The notes: a model not told the origin generated them from the letters alone. A DNA stretch of 64,000 nt from Escherichia coli (GCF_003019035.1 NZ_CP027447.1), one strand, 5' to 3'; shown: positions 17,442-30,638, counted from the first letter of the stretch. Numbers and translations are program-made.

Positions 17442-18662
17442 TTAATCTTTCAGCTTACGCATTACCAGCGTGGCGTTGGTGCCGCCGAAGCCGAAGCTGT
17501 TAGACATAACGGTAGTCAGTTCGCGATCGGTCGTTTCGGTCACAATGTTCAGACCCGCAGCCTGCTCGTCCAGCTCTTCAATGTTGATGCTCGGTGCGAT
17601 AAAGCCGTGTTCCAGCATCAGCAGAGAGTAGATAGCTTCCTGTACGCCAGCAGCGCCCAGAGAGTGACCGGTCATTGCTTTGGTTGCAGAAATCGCCGGG
17701 CTCTTATCGCCGAACACTTCACGGATAGCCGCCAGCTCTTTCACGTCGCCAACCGGAGTCGAAGTACCGTGGGAGTTCAGGTAGTCGATTGGGGTATCAA
17801 CACCGTGCATCGCCATCTTCATGCAGCGCACTGCACCTTCGCCAGACGGAGCAACCATGTCTGCGCCATCAGAGGTTGCGCCGTAGCCAACGATTTCAGC
17901 ATAGATGTGAGCACCACGCGCCAGCGCGTGTTCCAGCTCTTCAACCACTACCATACCGCCACCGCCAGCGATAACGAAACCGTCACGGTGAGCGTCGTAA
18001 GTACGGGAGGCTTTTTCCGGGGTGTCGTTGTATTTAGTAGACAGCGCACCCATCGCGTCGAATTCACAAGCCATTTCCCAGCACAATTCTTCGCCGCCAC
18101 CAGCAAACACGATGTCCTGTTTGCCCAGTTGGATCTGCTCTACTGCGTTACCGATACAGTGTGCGGAAGTCGCACACGCGGAGCTGATGGAGTAGTTAAC
18201 GCCGTGAATTTTAAACGGCGTGGCGAGGCAGGCAGAAACGCCGGATGCCATCGCTTTGGTGACCACATACGGGCCAACCGCTTTCAGGCCGCGCGGGCCG
18301 CGCATTGCGTCAGCGCCGAAAACCTGGAAACGCGGGGAGCCGCCGCCGGAACCTGCAATCAGGCCAACGCGCGGGTTATTCTGGTAAGCTTCCGGGGAGA
18401 GGCCAGCATCTGCAATTGCCTGCTCCATAGAAAGGAATGCATAAATGGATGCGTCGCTCATAAAGCGCACAACTTTGCGGTCAATGAGGCCAGTGGTATC
18501 CAGTTTTACGTTGCCCCAGACGTGGCTACGCATGCCGGAATCCTTCAGCTCCTGAGAGAAAGTGATCCCTGAACGTCCTTCACGCAGAGATGCCAGGACT
18601 TCCTGCTGGTTATTACCGATGCTGGAAACAATGCCCAGGCCAGTAATCACTGCACGTTTCAT
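17442..18662 (-). CDS. fabB: 3-oxoacyl-ACP synthase I (KAS I)
   Basis: 406-aa translation [22 protein letters not shown]... recognised as FabB; active-site Cys/His/His context present. Confidence 0.95.
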
Positions 18663-18754
18663 TCAATACCTCTGTAAGTCGCACATAGAGTAAGTTTCGC
18701 ATGCACAATAGCGTACACTTGTACGCCGAACAAGTCCGATCAGCCAATTAATAG

Positions 18755-20827
<2,073 letters not shown>

Positions 20828-20845
20828 TCTGCTCTGGCATTGCTT

Positions 20846-20880
20846 GCCGGATATGGCGTGAACGCCGCATCCGGCACATT
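20846..20880. repeat. REP-like palindrome between mnmC and yfcL
   Basis: CCGGATATGGCGTGAACGCCGCATCCGG imperfect palindrome. Confidence 0.45.
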
Positions 20881-20882
20881 AC

Positions 20883-21161
20883 TTACTGCTGTGACGCCTG
20901 CTGAAACAGGTGTTCCCACATATCGGTCACCAGCGCCTGGTCACGCGGCGACAATTCACCGGCACCAATGGCTTTTTCCAGACTCTGGCTAACGGTTGTA
21001 TGTACCGCCTGAGCGGAGTGGTCGTCACCACTTTCCAGTTCTGCGATGGCTAATGTCAGGTGGCCACGCAAATACCCACTGGCAAACAACTCATCATCAC
21101 TGGCATGGTCAACCATACCGTCGATTAATGCCAGAATGCGTGATTCAAACTCCGCGATCAT
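20883..21161 (-). CDS. yfcL: Uncharacterised protein YfcL
   Basis: 92-aa ORF in conserved position. Confidence 0.7.
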   Translation of the reverse strand: MIAEFESRILALIDGMVDHASDDELFASGYLRGHLTLAIAELESGDDHSAQAVHTTVSQSLEKAIGAGELSPRDQALVTDMWEHLFQQASQQ

Positions 21162-21194
21162 CTTCTTTCCTCATTGTAAAACGTGGCGCTGGCT

Positions 21195-21743
21195 TCAGTT
21201 GAGCGCTTCCGGCCACGGGAACTGTTCCGCCGTAAGTTCCGGCGTGTGATAATAATTTTGTAGTGCTTTAATGAAGCGTGCCGGACGTTCGGGAATGCCG
21301 TTTGCCAGATAATCCATCACCTGCGCATGTACCCGCCGTTGAAATACCACGCGGTCCGGTTCGAAATCCCCTTCCAGATTGTCGCAGCTAACATTAAACG
21401 GATATCCCGCCGCCACGCAGAACAACCAGTCCAGCGCCTGCGGCTTCACTTCAACATCTTCAAACTGGCTTTGCGTTTGGGCATCGCGTCCGTCGGGACA
21501 ATACCAGTAGCCGAAATCAACCAGCTCACGGCGCGCTTTCCCGGCAATACACCAGTGCGAAATCTCATGAATTGCGCTGGCATAAAAGCCATGAGCAAAG
21601 ACGATTCGGTTATACGGTACTTCCGCATCAGCAGGAAGATAGATCGGTTCGTCGTCGCCTTTAATCAGACGGGTATTAAAATCATCGGCAAAGCAGCTAT
21701 TAAAAATTTCAATCAACTGCTCATAGTGGTGTGTACTGTTCAT
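21195..21743 (-). CDS. epmC: EF-P hydroxylase EpmC (YfcM)
   Basis: 182-aa ORF MNSTHHYEQLIEIFNSCFADDF...; synteny. Confidence 0.8.
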   Translation of the reverse strand: MNSTHHYEQLIEIFNSCFADDFNTRLIKGDDEPIYLPADAEVPYNRIVFAHGFYASAIHEISHWCIAGKARRELVDFGYWYCPDGRDAQTQSQFEDVEVKPQALDWLFCVAAGYPFNVSCDNLEGDFEPDRVVFQRRVHAQVMDYLANGIPERPARFIKALQNYYHTPELTAEQFPWPEALN

Positions 21744-22552
21744 TAGTTCATCCCCAACCAGTGGAGGATCTCCTGTCCATGGCTATCGTAAAGTAATTTG
21801 GCACTCATCACCGCCGAGACGATAACGATCATCGGGCGGATCAGCTTTTGTCCTTTGCTCAACACCAGTCTTGACCCCATGCGCGCGCCGAGGAACTGCC
21901 CCACCAGCATCACAAATCCTGTCGCCCAAATCACTTTGCCGCCGAGAATAAACAGCAGCAAACCACCGATGTTTGACGTTGCGTTGAGTAATTTGGCGTG
22001 GGCCGTGGCTTTGGCGAGGTTGAATCCGCACAGCGTAACAAAGGCCAGCGCGTAAAACGACCCAGCAGCCGGGCCAAAGAATCCATCGTAAAAACCGACG
22101 CAGCCCCCCGCCACCAGCGCAAATGGCAGTCCATACATCCGGCGCTGGCGATCTTCTTCTCCCAGTTTTGGCATCAGCAAAAAATAGAGGCCGATACAAA
22201 TCACCAGGATCGGTAAAATCTGCCGTAAGACATCGGCCTGAACATACTGCACCAACAGCGCGCCGCTCATTGAGCCGACAAAGGTCATGGCGATATTGAG
22301 TTTCTGATCGCTTAAGCTAACCACTTTGCGCCGAATAAAGTAGATAGTGGCGGAAATAGAGCCGCCGCAGGCTTGCAGTTTATTAGTTGCCAGCGCGTTA
22401 GCCGGAGACATCCCCGCCGCCATCAATGCCGGAATGGTGAGTAACCCACCGCCACCGGCAATCGAGTCGATAAATCCCGCCAGCATGGCGACAAAAAAGA
22501 GAACTCCCAGCAACAGCGGGGAAACCATAAACAGGCTATTAAACGTTTCCAT
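21743..22552 (-). CDS. yfcA: TauE/SafE-family membrane protein YfcA
   Basis: 269-aa hydrophobic ORF, overlapping stops/starts with neighbours. Confidence 0.8.
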   Translation of the reverse strand: METFNSLFMVSPLLLGVLFFVAMLAGFIDSIAGGGGLLTIPALMAAGMSPANALATNKLQACGGSISATIYFIRRKVVSLSDQKLNIAMTFVGSMSGALLVQYVQADVLRQILPILVICIGLYFLLMPKLGEEDRQRRMYGLPFALVAGGCVGFYDGFFGPAAGSFYALAFVTLCGFNLAKATAHAKLLNATSNIGGLLLFILGGKVIWATGFVMLVGQFLGARMGSRLVLSKGQKLIRPMIVIVSAVMSAKLLYDSHGQEILHWLGMN

Positions 22553-23376
22553 TAGATCACGTGCTCATCCAGTAGCGCCTGGCAGGAAGGCGGCAACGGA
22601 GGCGGTGTCTTCTTCTCAGGCTTTGTTGTTCCCGGTTTTGGTGGTTCAAACCAGCTTTGCAGTTCTGCCCCGCAACCATCGCCTGGTGGTGGTAAAGGTT
22701 GATCTTCACACTCCAGACTATCGGCAGGACAACGTAATCGTACATGCATATGCGCGCGATGCTGGAACCAGGGTCGCACTTTACGTAACCAGTCGCGATC
22801 GGTGCCCGCATCAAGGCAAAGTTGTTGTTTAATCGCCGGATTAACAAAAATGCGCGTGACGTCTTTGTCCTGGGCGGCGAGTTTGATCAAGCTGAAAATT
22901 TCTGGCTTCCACAGCGCGGGGACAACGTGTTTACCGTCGCGGGATACTAAGTCCAGTGCTTGCGGGCGCAAGAGTTGCGCGGAGGTCCAGCGTGTTTTCG
23001 GCAGTTGCAGGAAGATATCGACATCCAGCCCGGTCTGGTGGCTGGCGTGACCGCCGTTGAAACGACCACCAGCGGGCATCCCCATATCGCCAATCAGCAC
23101 CGTACCCATGCCCAGATTGCCCACCTGGCGACTCAGACGCTGGATAAACATCACCAGATCCGGGTGCCCGAAATAGCGACGCTGATCGGTACGCATGACC
23201 TGATAATGCTCGGACTGTATCGGCAGCGTGTCAGCGCCGACGATACAACCATTGGAAAAGCTGCCTATCGATTGTGCGCTACCCGGCACAGGTTGGGTTA
23301 TTTTTTGCCACGGCGTCGCTGCCAGGCTGGCACTACTGGCAAGCAGGGCCAGCAGCGCAATCGCGGTTTTGTTCAT
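22552..23376 (-). CDS. mepA: Murein DD-endopeptidase MepA (penicillin-insensitive)
   Basis: 274 aa with signal peptide [20 protein letters not shown] and Pro-rich C-terminus. Confidence 0.85.
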   Translation of the reverse strand: MNKTAIALLALLASSASLAATPWQKITQPVPGSAQSIGSFSNGCIVGADTLPIQSEHYQVMRTDQRRYFGHPDLVMFIQRLSRQVGNLGMGTVLIGDMGMPAGGRFNGGHASHQTGLDVDIFLQLPKTRWTSAQLLRPQALDLVSRDGKHVVPALWKPEIFSLIKLAAQDKDVTRIFVNPAIKQQLCLDAGTDRDWLRKVRPWFQHRAHMHVRLRCPADSLECEDQPLPPPGDGCGAELQSWFEPPKPGTTKPEKKTPPPLPPSCQALLDEHVI

Positions 23377-23379
23377 TTT

Positions 23380-24465
23380 TTACCAGCGTGGAATATCAGT
23401 CTTCACATCGGCATTTTGCGCCCGTTGCCGTAACAGGTGATCCATTAAAACGATCGCTAGCATCGCTTCCGCGATCGGCACCGCGCGGATCCCAACACAA
23501 GGATCGTGACGACCTTTGGTGATCATCTCAACTTCTTCGCCAAAGCGGTTAATGGTGCGCCCCGGCACGGTAATACTGGAGGTTGGCTTCAGCGCCATAT
23601 GGGCAATGATTTGCTGCCCGCTGCTGATACCGCCAAGAATGCCGCCCGCATGGTTGCTCTGGAATCCGTCTTTGGTGATTTCGTCGCGGTTCTGGCTGCC
23701 ACGCAGCGCTACCACGTCAAAACCATCACCAATTTCTACGCCTTTCACCGCGTTGATGCTCATCAGCGCATGGGCGATGTCGGCATCCAGGCGATCAAAG
23801 ACCGGCTCGCCAAGTCCGGCGGGGACGCCACTGGCAACAACGGTGACTTTCGCGCCGATGGAGTCGCCCTCTTTTTTCAGCGCGCGCATCAGTTCATCTA
23901 ACGCGTCGATTTTGTCCGGGTCCGGGCAGAAAAACGGATTTTGCTCGACCTGCGACCAGTCTTTGATTTCCAGCGGAATGTCACCCATCTGGGTCAGGCA
24001 GCCGCGGATTTCAATACCAAATTTCTCGGCGAGATATTTTTTGGCAATCGCCCCTGCCGCCACGCGCATGGCGGTTTCTCGGGCGGAAGAGCGCCCGCCG
24101 CCGCGATAATCGCGCAGGCCGTATTTTTGTTCGTAAGTGTAATCGGCATGACCTGGACGGAAAACGTCCTTAATCGCACTATAATCCTGAGAACGCTGGT
24201 CGGTATTTTCGATCAACAAACCGATGCTGGTGCCGGTAGTAACACCTTCAAAAACACCGGAGAGAATTTTGACCTGATCCGGCTCACGGCGCTGGGTGGT
24301 ATAGCGCGATGTCCCAGGGCGACGACGATCAAGGTCATGTTGCAGGTCCGCTTCCGTCAGCGGAATGCCTGGCGGAACACCATCGACGATGCAGCCGAGC
24401 GCCAGCCCGTGCGATTCGCCGAAGGTGGTTACGCGAAAGAGTTGTCCAATTGTGTTTCCAGCCAT
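23380..24465 (-). CDS. aroC: Chorismate synthase
   Basis: [20 protein letters not shown]... 361 aa; recognised AroC. Confidence 0.95.
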   Translation of the reverse strand: MAGNTIGQLFRVTTFGESHGLALGCIVDGVPPGIPLTEADLQHDLDRRRPGTSRYTTQRREPDQVKILSGVFEGVTTGTSIGLLIENTDQRSQDYSAIKDVFRPGHADYTYEQKYGLRDYRGGGRSSARETAMRVAAGAIAKKYLAEKFGIEIRGCLTQMGDIPLEIKDWSQVEQNPFFCPDPDKIDALDELMRALKKEGDSIGAKVTVVASGVPAGLGEPVFDRLDADIAHALMSINAVKGVEIGDGFDVVALRGSQNRDEITKDGFQSNHAGGILGGISSGQQIIAHMALKPTSSITVPGRTINRFGEEVEMITKGRHDPCVGIRAVPIAEAMLAIVLMDHLLRQRAQNADVKTDIPRW

Positions 24466-24499
24466 CACGGCTCCGTTATTGTTGTGTTTGCGTGTTTAC

Positions 24500-25432
24500 T
24501 TAATCTTTATAAATCGCGAAATGTTCACGGGCCGCCAGCAGCTGCTCTTTGGTGAGCATAAACACACCATCGCCGCCGTTATCAAACTCCAGCCAGGTGA
24601 ACGGAACATTCGGATATTGTTCCATAAGATGTACCATGCTGTTGCCCACTTCACAAATCAGTACGCCGTCATCCGCAAGGTAATCAGCCGCATTACCGAG
24701 AATGCGACGCGTCAGTTTCAGGCCGTCGGTGCCAGACGCCAGACCCAGTTCCGGCTCGTGGCGGTATTCGTTTGGCAGGTCGGACATATCTTCCGCATCG
24801 ACATACGGCGGGTTAGTGACAATCAGGTCGTACTGCACTTTCGGCAAGTCGCGGAACAGATCGGACCGAATAGGAATGACGTTGTGGATCAGACCGTGTT
24901 CTTCGATATTCTGTTCGGCAACCGCCAGCGCGTCGGGAGAGATATCTACCGCGTCGACTTCTGCATCCGGGAAGGCATAAGCACAGGCAATCGCAATGCA
25001 GCCGCTACCGGTACACATATCTAAAATATGCTGCGGTTGCTTGCTGATGAGTCCGGCAAATTTATTGTTGATCAGTTCACCAATCGGCGAGCGCGGCACC
25101 AGCACGCGTTCATCGACGTAAAATTCATGGCCGCAGAACCAGGCTTTGTTGGTCAGGTAAGCCACCGGAATGCGTTCGTTGACGCGGCGGATCACGCGCT
25201 CAACAATACGGTGTTTTTCGCTGGAGGTCAGACGCGCGGTGCGCATGTCTTCTGGGATATCCAGCGGCAGGTAGAGCGAAGGCAACACCAGTTGCACGGC
25301 TTCATCCCACGGATTATCGGTGCCGTGACCATACCAGATATTTGCCGCGCTGAAGCGGCTCACCGACCAGCGCAACATGTCCTGAATGGTTTGCAGCTCA
25401 TTTACTGCTTCATCAACGAAAATTTTATCCAC
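24500..25432 (-). CDS. prmB: Ribosomal protein L3 N5-glutamine methyltransferase
   Basis: GTG start with SD GGAGG ([13 protein letters not shown]...), 310 aa, NPPY motif; ORF-track 428-aa version overextended. Confidence 0.85.
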   Translation of the reverse strand: MDKIFVDEAVNELQTIQDMLRWSVSRFSAANIWYGHGTDNPWDEAVQLVLPSLYLPLDIPEDMRTARLTSSEKHRIVERVIRRVNERIPVAYLTNKAWFCGHEFYVDERVLVPRSPIGELINNKFAGLISKQPQHILDMCTGSGCIAIACAYAFPDAEVDAVDISPDALAVAEQNIEEHGLIHNVIPIRSDLFRDLPKVQYDLIVTNPPYVDAEDMSDLPNEYRHEPELGLASGTDGLKLTRRILGNAADYLADDGVLICEVGNSMVHLMEQYPNVPFTWLEFDNGGDGVFMLTKEQLLAAREHFAIYKD

Positions 25433-25597
25433 GTATTCCTCCAGGGCATGATCGCAATAATTTCGGCGGCTAGTTTGCCATGAAGATGACGATAAATCAG
25501 CATTCACACGCGGTGAGTGAGGAAAAATACGTTTTAAGCGATCGATTGTACGGTGAGTCGGGTAAACTGTAGGAAAATTAGAAATAGAGACAGTTAA

Positions 25598-26149
25598 ATG
25601 AAAAAGAAAACAACACTTAGCGAGGAGGACCAGGCGCTGTTTCGCCAGTTGATGGCGGGGACTCGCAAGATTAAGCAGGACACGATTGTCCACCGACCGC
25701 AGCGTAAAAAAATCAGCGAAGTGCCGGTCAAGCGGTTGATTCAGGAGCAGGCCGATGCCAGCCATTATTTCTCTGACGAGTTTCAACCATTATTAAATAC
25801 CGAAGGTCCGGTGAAATATGTTCGCCCGGATGTCAGCCATTTTGAAGCGAAGAAACTGCGGCGCGGTGATTATTCACCGGAGCTGTTTTTGGATTTGCAC
25901 GGTTTGACGCAGCTGCAAGCCAAGCAGGAGTTAGGCGCATTGATTGCCGCCTGCCGCCGCGAACATGTGTTTTGCGCCTGTGTGATGCATGGTCATGGTA
26001 AGCATATTTTGAAGCAGCAAACGCCGCTGTGGCTGGCGCAACATCCCCATGTAATGGCATTTCATCAGGCACCGAAAGAGTACGGTGGTGATGCGGCATT
26101 GCTGGTGTTGATTGAAGTGGATGAATGGCTGCCGCCGGAATTGCCCTGA
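25598..26149 (+). CDS. smrB: Smr-domain ribosome rescue endonuclease SmrB (YfcN)
   Basis: 183 aa, Smr domain signature ([15 protein letters not shown]); divergent from prmB. Confidence 0.85.
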
Positions 26150-26234
26150 CATCATGACGGGCATACGCTTTCACTGACAGACGTCGACGGTTAAGTGTAA
26201 GATTATCCAAACAGAACTCAACGCAGGGCACTCA

Positions 26235-27593
26235 ATGATGAATATCCGCACGCTTAAGCTCACTAATCTGGGGCGGTTTGAAGAACTTGACGTTCATCTG
26301 GCTCCAGTGGAGGAGTTCAAGAGCAATGTGACCGTTTTTATTGGTAATAATGGTGCAGGTAAAACATCAATATTAAAATCGTTGGCAACCAGCCTGAGTT
26401 GGTTCGTTGCCCGAGTTCGTACTGAAAAAGGTAACGGTAGCCCTATTCCTGAAGACGCTATTCTGAACGGTAGGAGTTCGGCGACAATTGAACTTCAGGT
26501 ACTGAATACGCATCCAGCGACGGAGGTCGCTACGCCCTACCGTTGGTTGCTTGCCAGAACGGCCAGTGGGAAAAAATCGACCACCGCCTCCAGCCTGCAA
26601 GAGGCCAGCCAATTGGCTGCGTTTTATCGAGATCAATACACCCAGAATAGCGGGGCATCCTTCCCGCTTATCGCCTTCTATCCCGTAGAACGTGTCGTGC
26701 TGGATGTGCCGTTGAAAATAAAAGAACGTCATAATTTTTTGCAACTGGATGGCTACGATAACGCCCTGAATCAGGGTATTGATTTCCGCCGTTTCTTTGA
26801 GTGGTTTCGCAATCGCGAAGATGCAGAAAATGAATCGGGCTTACCGCAAGACGTTCTGGATAAGCTCAGTACCAGGATAGATCTCGATAACGCCGTCTTA
26901 AATGCATTAACGGCAATCATGGCCTCGTCCCGGGATCGCCAGTTGACCGCCGTCAGAACGGCCATTAGTCGCTTTATGCCAGGGTTCAGCAACTTACGCG
27001 TCAGGCGTAAACCTCGCCTGCATATGTCGATAGATAAAAATGGCCAGACACTGAATGTGCTGCAATTATCGCAGGGTGAAAAATCACTGATGGCGTTAGT
27101 CGGCGATATTGCTCGCCGCCTGGCAATGATGAACCCGATGTTAGAAAACCCGCTAAACGGCGAGGGAATTGTATTAATTGATGAAGTGGACATGCACCTG
27201 CATCCAACATGGCAGCGTACAATCATCCAGCGTCTGACGACAACATTCCCACATTGCCAGTTTGTCTTAACAACCCACTCTCCTTTAGTGATCAGTGATT
27301 GCAAAGATGTGCTGGTTTATTCTCTGGATGATGGCGAATTAACGCAGCTCCCGTCTCTGTATGGGCAAGATGCGAATACTGTGCTTTTGAATGTGATGGA
27401 TACGGATATTCGCAATGCGACAGTGGCAGAAAAACTTAACGATCTTTTGGATCTGATTCAGAAAAACGACTTTATCAACGCTAACGCTCTTCTGAATACG
27501 CTAAGCCTGGAACTTCCTGAAAACCATCTTGAACTGGTGAAAGCCAGAATGCTTCTGCGCAAACAGGAAATTAAACATGCGCGAAATAACTAA
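26235..27593 (+). CDS. ABC-type (AAA_15/AAA_21-like) ATPase, Septu PtuA-like candidate
   Basis: Walker A GNNGAGKTS, signature-like LSQGEKS, Walker B VLIDEVDMHLHP, H-loop TTHSP; RecF/SMC-type N-terminal beta-strand (IRTLKLTNLGRFEEL). Confidence 0.75.
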   Translation: MMNIRTLKLTNLGRFEELDVHLAPVEEFKSNVTVFIGNNGAGKTSILKSLATSLSWFVARVRTEKGNGSPIPEDAILNGRSSATIELQVLNTHPATEVATPYRWLLARTASGKKSTTASSLQEASQLAAFYRDQYTQNSGASFPLIAFYPVERVVLDVPLKIKERHNFLQLDGYDNALNQGIDFRRFFEWFRNREDAENESGLPQDVLDKLSTRIDLDNAVLNALTAIMASSRDRQLTAVRTAISRFMPGFSNLRVRRKPRLHMSIDKNGQTLNVLQLSQGEKSLMALVGDIARRLAMMNPMLENPLNGEGIVLIDEVDMHLHPTWQRTIIQRLTTTFPHCQFVLTTHSPLVISDCKDVLVYSLDDGELTQLPSLYGQDANTVLLNVMDTDIRNATVAEKLNDLLDLIQKNDFINANALLNTLSLELPENHLELVKARMLLRKQEIKHARNN

Positions 27594-28236
27594 AGGGCAA
27601 CCGCCGGCCAGTTTGCAACAGTGGGTGAGAGCAAAACCACGGGATAAAAATGCCAATCAGTGGTTTCAGGAACTTTATGCGCAAAAAAAATGGGATATCG
27701 TTGGCGATCTCAGCCAGCAGTGCGCTCAGGAGCAATTTTATCTCTGTGCTTATTGCTGCGATCGCGTGACAGGTACAAACCGCGATACCGTTAATGAACA
27801 TGTCGAAGCCAGGGATTTAGCCCCTGCTCGCAGTCTGGAATTCACCAATATCGTTGCAAGCTGCAAAACAAAAGGCCAGTGTGACGACTCGCATAAGAAC
27901 CAGCCATTGCTGTTAACGCCGCTTATGCCGGAATGTGAAACCGAGTTTATCTTCAAGATCAGTGGTCGAATTGAAGGGACGACGCCGAAAGCTATCGATG
28001 CGATTAAGGTACTCAACCTTGGCGATAGTGAACGTAATAATCGGGCATTGATTGAAAAACGTAAGCAGCTTTCCGACAGCCTTCTGTGGGCTAATGGCAT
28101 TGACCCTTCAGAGGGGCTTGAGGATGACGACCTGCTGCAAGCGGTTATCGACGAATTACTCACCCCCGTCGACGGTTATCTGGCACCTTTCGCTCCCGTG
28201 GTGGCGAATATTCTAAAAAACTGGATGACCGCATGA
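27577..28236 (+). CDS. HNH-family nuclease, Septu PtuB-like candidate
   Basis: ATG overlaps the ATPase 3' end by 17 nt; CAYCC...NEHVEAR...N...C-x5-C..H arrangement consistent with HNH zinc-ribbon nuclease. Confidence 0.65.
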   Translation: MREITKGQPPASLQQWVRAKPRDKNANQWFQELYAQKKWDIVGDLSQQCAQEQFYLCAYCCDRVTGTNRDTVNEHVEARDLAPARSLEFTNIVASCKTKGQCDDSHKNQPLLLTPLMPECETEFIFKISGRIEGTTPKAIDAIKVLNLGDSERNNRALIEKRKQLSDSLLWANGIDPSEGLEDDDLLQAVIDELLTPVDGYLAPFAPVVANILKNWMTA

Positions 28237-28249
28237 CATAACGGACAAC

Positions 28250-28265
28250 GGGGCCAGATGGCCCC
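28250..28265. terminator. GC-rich hairpin between convergent HNH gene and yfcO
   Basis: GGGGCC-agat-GGCCCC perfect inverted repeat; no clear T-run. Confidence 0.35.
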
Positions 28266-28284
28266 GCGTCGTGTGGTGTATGCG

Positions 28285-29130
28285 CTACAGTTCGTTGAGC
28301 GTGTACTGGAAGCGGCAAGTAGAATCAATCGGCTGCCTGCTGCTGGTATCCACCTGCACCACCATGTCGTGCAGTTGTTTGTCCGTAATGGGGTGCCGGT
28401 TGGGCGTAACCGTAACGCTTGAACTGTCGCAGCCGGAGGTGGAGAACGTGATCATCTCTGCCACAAAGCGGCAGTACGCACCGCGTTCATCCATCTGGCT
28501 GCCGTCGCAAAGCCTGCCGTTTTCCATCAGGAAGGTCGGGAGCGTTTTCTCAATTATGCCGCCCGTCGACTGTAATGACAGCACCTTCGTATACGAAATG
28601 TAATCCTCACTCCACGAAATATCATAGGTGGCCACTGAGACCGGGCAGGTCGAGTTACGCGCCTGCGGGCCGATATAGGGGCCCATTGTTTTTTCTAACG
28701 GCGCAGAACTCTCATTATACGTTGTGACCAGCCATGGGCAGCCATGCACGTCGGCATCATAATAAACGTCGATAGGCATATCGTAACAATCCCACTTGGT
28801 TTTATCCGATTGTTGATCATACTCAGCAAGCCCAGGACAGTTTGACAACGATGTTAAAACAAAATAATTCGAATATAAACTGGGCGGGGTATCACTCCCT
28901 GTCCAGCTAATATTTTCCAGATAACCCACTTGCAACGTGGTGGTGGAGTTCTTATACACACCATGCATAACACCGTCGGGGGTAAGAATATCAAGGTGGT
29001 ATCTGATTTGCGTATTGTAACTGGAAATGCCCGAAATCGTATGCAACGTGGCAATCTTTTTCGCCGCCTGCGCGCCCTCCCCCGCAAACATCAGCAGTAA
29101 CAAACAGGTTATCAAACGGAATATTTTCAT
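28285..29130 (-). CDS. yfcO: Fimbrial-operon protein YfcO (putative adhesin/tip protein)
   Basis: Signal-peptide start MKIFRLITCLLLLMFAGEGAQA (ORF track begins 5 codons earlier at 29145); last gene of yfc operon. Confidence 0.7.
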   Translation of the reverse strand: MKIFRLITCLLLLMFAGEGAQAAKKIATLHTISGISSYNTQIRYHLDILTPDGVMHGVYKNSTTTLQVGYLENISWTGSDTPPSLYSNYFVLTSLSNCPGLAEYDQQSDKTKWDCYDMPIDVYYDADVHGCPWLVTTYNESSAPLEKTMGPYIGPQARNSTCPVSVATYDISWSEDYISYTKVLSLQSTGGIIEKTLPTFLMENGRLCDGSQMDERGAYCRFVAEMITFSTSGCDSSSVTVTPNRHPITDKQLHDMVVQVDTSSRQPIDSTCRFQYTLNEL

Positions 29131-29131
29131 A

Positions 29132-29662
29132 TCAAAGGTACTCAAACGTTGCGGTTAAAGAAGCGGTAAACTCACCCATCGTCACTTCCCGGCCGCTTTT
29201 CGCCTGGAGCCAGGCATTAAAATTCAGATTGTTATCACCGTTACTCAGCACAAAGGTCGCGCCGCTGGTGTTGTTAATCGGCACCGCCGTTCCGTCGGTT
29301 TTTTCCATCCCAATCCCCACGCCCTGCGCCCCAGAGGAGGCATCCAGCGCCAGAAAACCGGGCTGCTCGCTGTCTTCCGTACCGGTCAGCGTCACCCGGA
29401 CCTGATACTCGGCTGGCCCTTTACAATCTTTCAGCTGAAACACCACCGGCACCCGCGCCGACTGCCCGGTCACCATCAGGTCTTTACGGCTGATGGTGGG
29501 GAAATGCACCTCCGCCAGCGTTTCGCCCTGAATCACCAGCGTGCAGGACTTACTGAGTAAATTGCCGTAGAAATGCAGGTTGTCAGCCGCCTGTGTCGTG
29601 CCGCCGTACGCCAGCAGCGCCGCCAGCGCCGCGTAGCGGTAATGTGTGCGAGTCAGATTCAT
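29132..29662 (-). CDS. yfcP: Fimbrial minor subunit YfcP
   Basis: 176 aa with signal peptide and C-terminal beta-strand typical of chaperone-usher pilins. Confidence 0.75.
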   Translation of the reverse strand: MNLTRTHYRYAALAALLAYGGTTQAADNLHFYGNLLSKSCTLVIQGETLAEVHFPTISRKDLMVTGQSARVPVVFQLKDCKGPAEYQVRVTLTGTEDSEQPGFLALDASSGAQGVGIGMEKTDGTAVPINNTSGATFVLSNGDNNLNFNAWLQAKSGREVTMGEFTASLTATFEYL

Positions 29663-30138
29663 TGGTAATCCACCGTTAAGGTTGCCCAGGCAGAGAAGTT
29701 CCCTTCACTGAGCGCCGCGTCGCTGGCTTTTACCGGCACCGCGGTCAGCGTCGGCGGGCTCGCCGGGTCTATTTTCAACTGTTCGCCCACTTTAAACGGC
29801 TGGCCGTTTTGCTGAAGCTCAATCCCCAGGCCAGCGACGTCGGTTTCAATGGCGGCGTCATCGTAACTGGTCTGGTGACCCGTCCAGGTCAGGCTCATCT
29901 CCCAGGCGTCGTCGCGCACATCAGGATCGCAGGTGATGGTGTAAGGCACGTCCTGGCGGAAGTTGTCGCCGTTGATGTTGTCGATGATCACGTTGCTGAA
30001 CGCCACTTCAATGCTCTTACCGTCGCTGATGGTACAGGCGGGCGGCGAAACCAGCGTGCCGTGAAAAGTAACGTCGTTAACCGCGGCCTGCGACAGGCCA
30101 GCAAAACCGTAAAGTAAGCACCACGCGAGTCGTTTCAT
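29659..30138 (-). CDS. yfcQ: Fimbrial minor subunit YfcQ
   Basis: 159 aa, signal peptide, pilin-like. Confidence 0.75.
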   Translation of the reverse strand: MKRLAWCLLYGFAGLSQAAVNDVTFHGTLVSPPACTISDGKSIEVAFSNVIIDNINGDNFRQDVPYTITCDPDVRDDAWEMSLTWTGHQTSYDDAAIETDVAGLGIELQQNGQPFKVGEQLKIDPASPPTLTAVPVKASDAALSEGNFSAWATLTVDYQ

Positions 30139-30638
30139 TGGTAGTCCACCACCATGGTCATGGTCGCGTTAAACTCCGATGCCATCAGTTCCACACCGCT
30201 CTGCTTCACCGGAACAGCTTCGAAGTCTGGCTGAGTACTGGTTTTGAACGGCAGCCAGCTGCTGTTGCCCACGGCCACCAGCGAATGGTCGGTGGCATTC
30301 TGAATGCGAATGCCGAAGCCATCGATCCCGGTACTCAGTACCGTTTCACCATTAATTGTGGTGGTGGTGGCCTGAAGCTGCATTCGCAGGTCGTCGCTGA
30401 CGCTGTTTGAACAGTTCATGGTGTAGCCCACCGGCTGACGGTAGTTAGTGCCATTAATGCCTTTAATGACCACACTGCCGAACTCCACCGCGCTTCCCTG
30501 TATCGAGCAGGGCGGTGGCCCATCCACCAGCACGCGCAGCGTCAGGTTGACGATTTTGCCGCCCGCCATTGCCGGGGAAACGGTCGCGCCACAGGCCAGC
30601 AGTAGCGCGGCAGACCCGGCCAGAAAGAACGCTTTCAT
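30135..30638 (-). CDS. yfcR: Fimbrial minor subunit YfcR
   Basis: Start at internal Met (MKAFFLAGSAALLLACGATVSPAMA signal peptide); pilin-like. Confidence 0.7.
   Translation of the reverse strand: MKAFFLAGSAALLLACGATVSPAMAGGKIVNLTLRVLVDGPPPCSIQGSAVEFGSVVIKGINGTNYRQPVGYTMNCSNSVSDDLRMQLQATTTTINGETVLSTGIDGFGIRIQNATDHSLVAVGNSSWLPFKTSTQPDFEAVPVKQSGVELMASEFNATMTMVVDYQ

Noticed and set aside
17337-18572. 411-aa + strand ORF
   Set aside because: Lies entirely antisense within fabB, whose translation is unambiguous; Arg/Ala/Val-rich composition typical of a shadow ORF.
24500-25786. 428-aa extended prmB ORF
   Set aside because: The upstream 118 codons overlap the smrB promoter region and divergent gene start; conserved protein begins at the GTG with SD GGAGG (25432).
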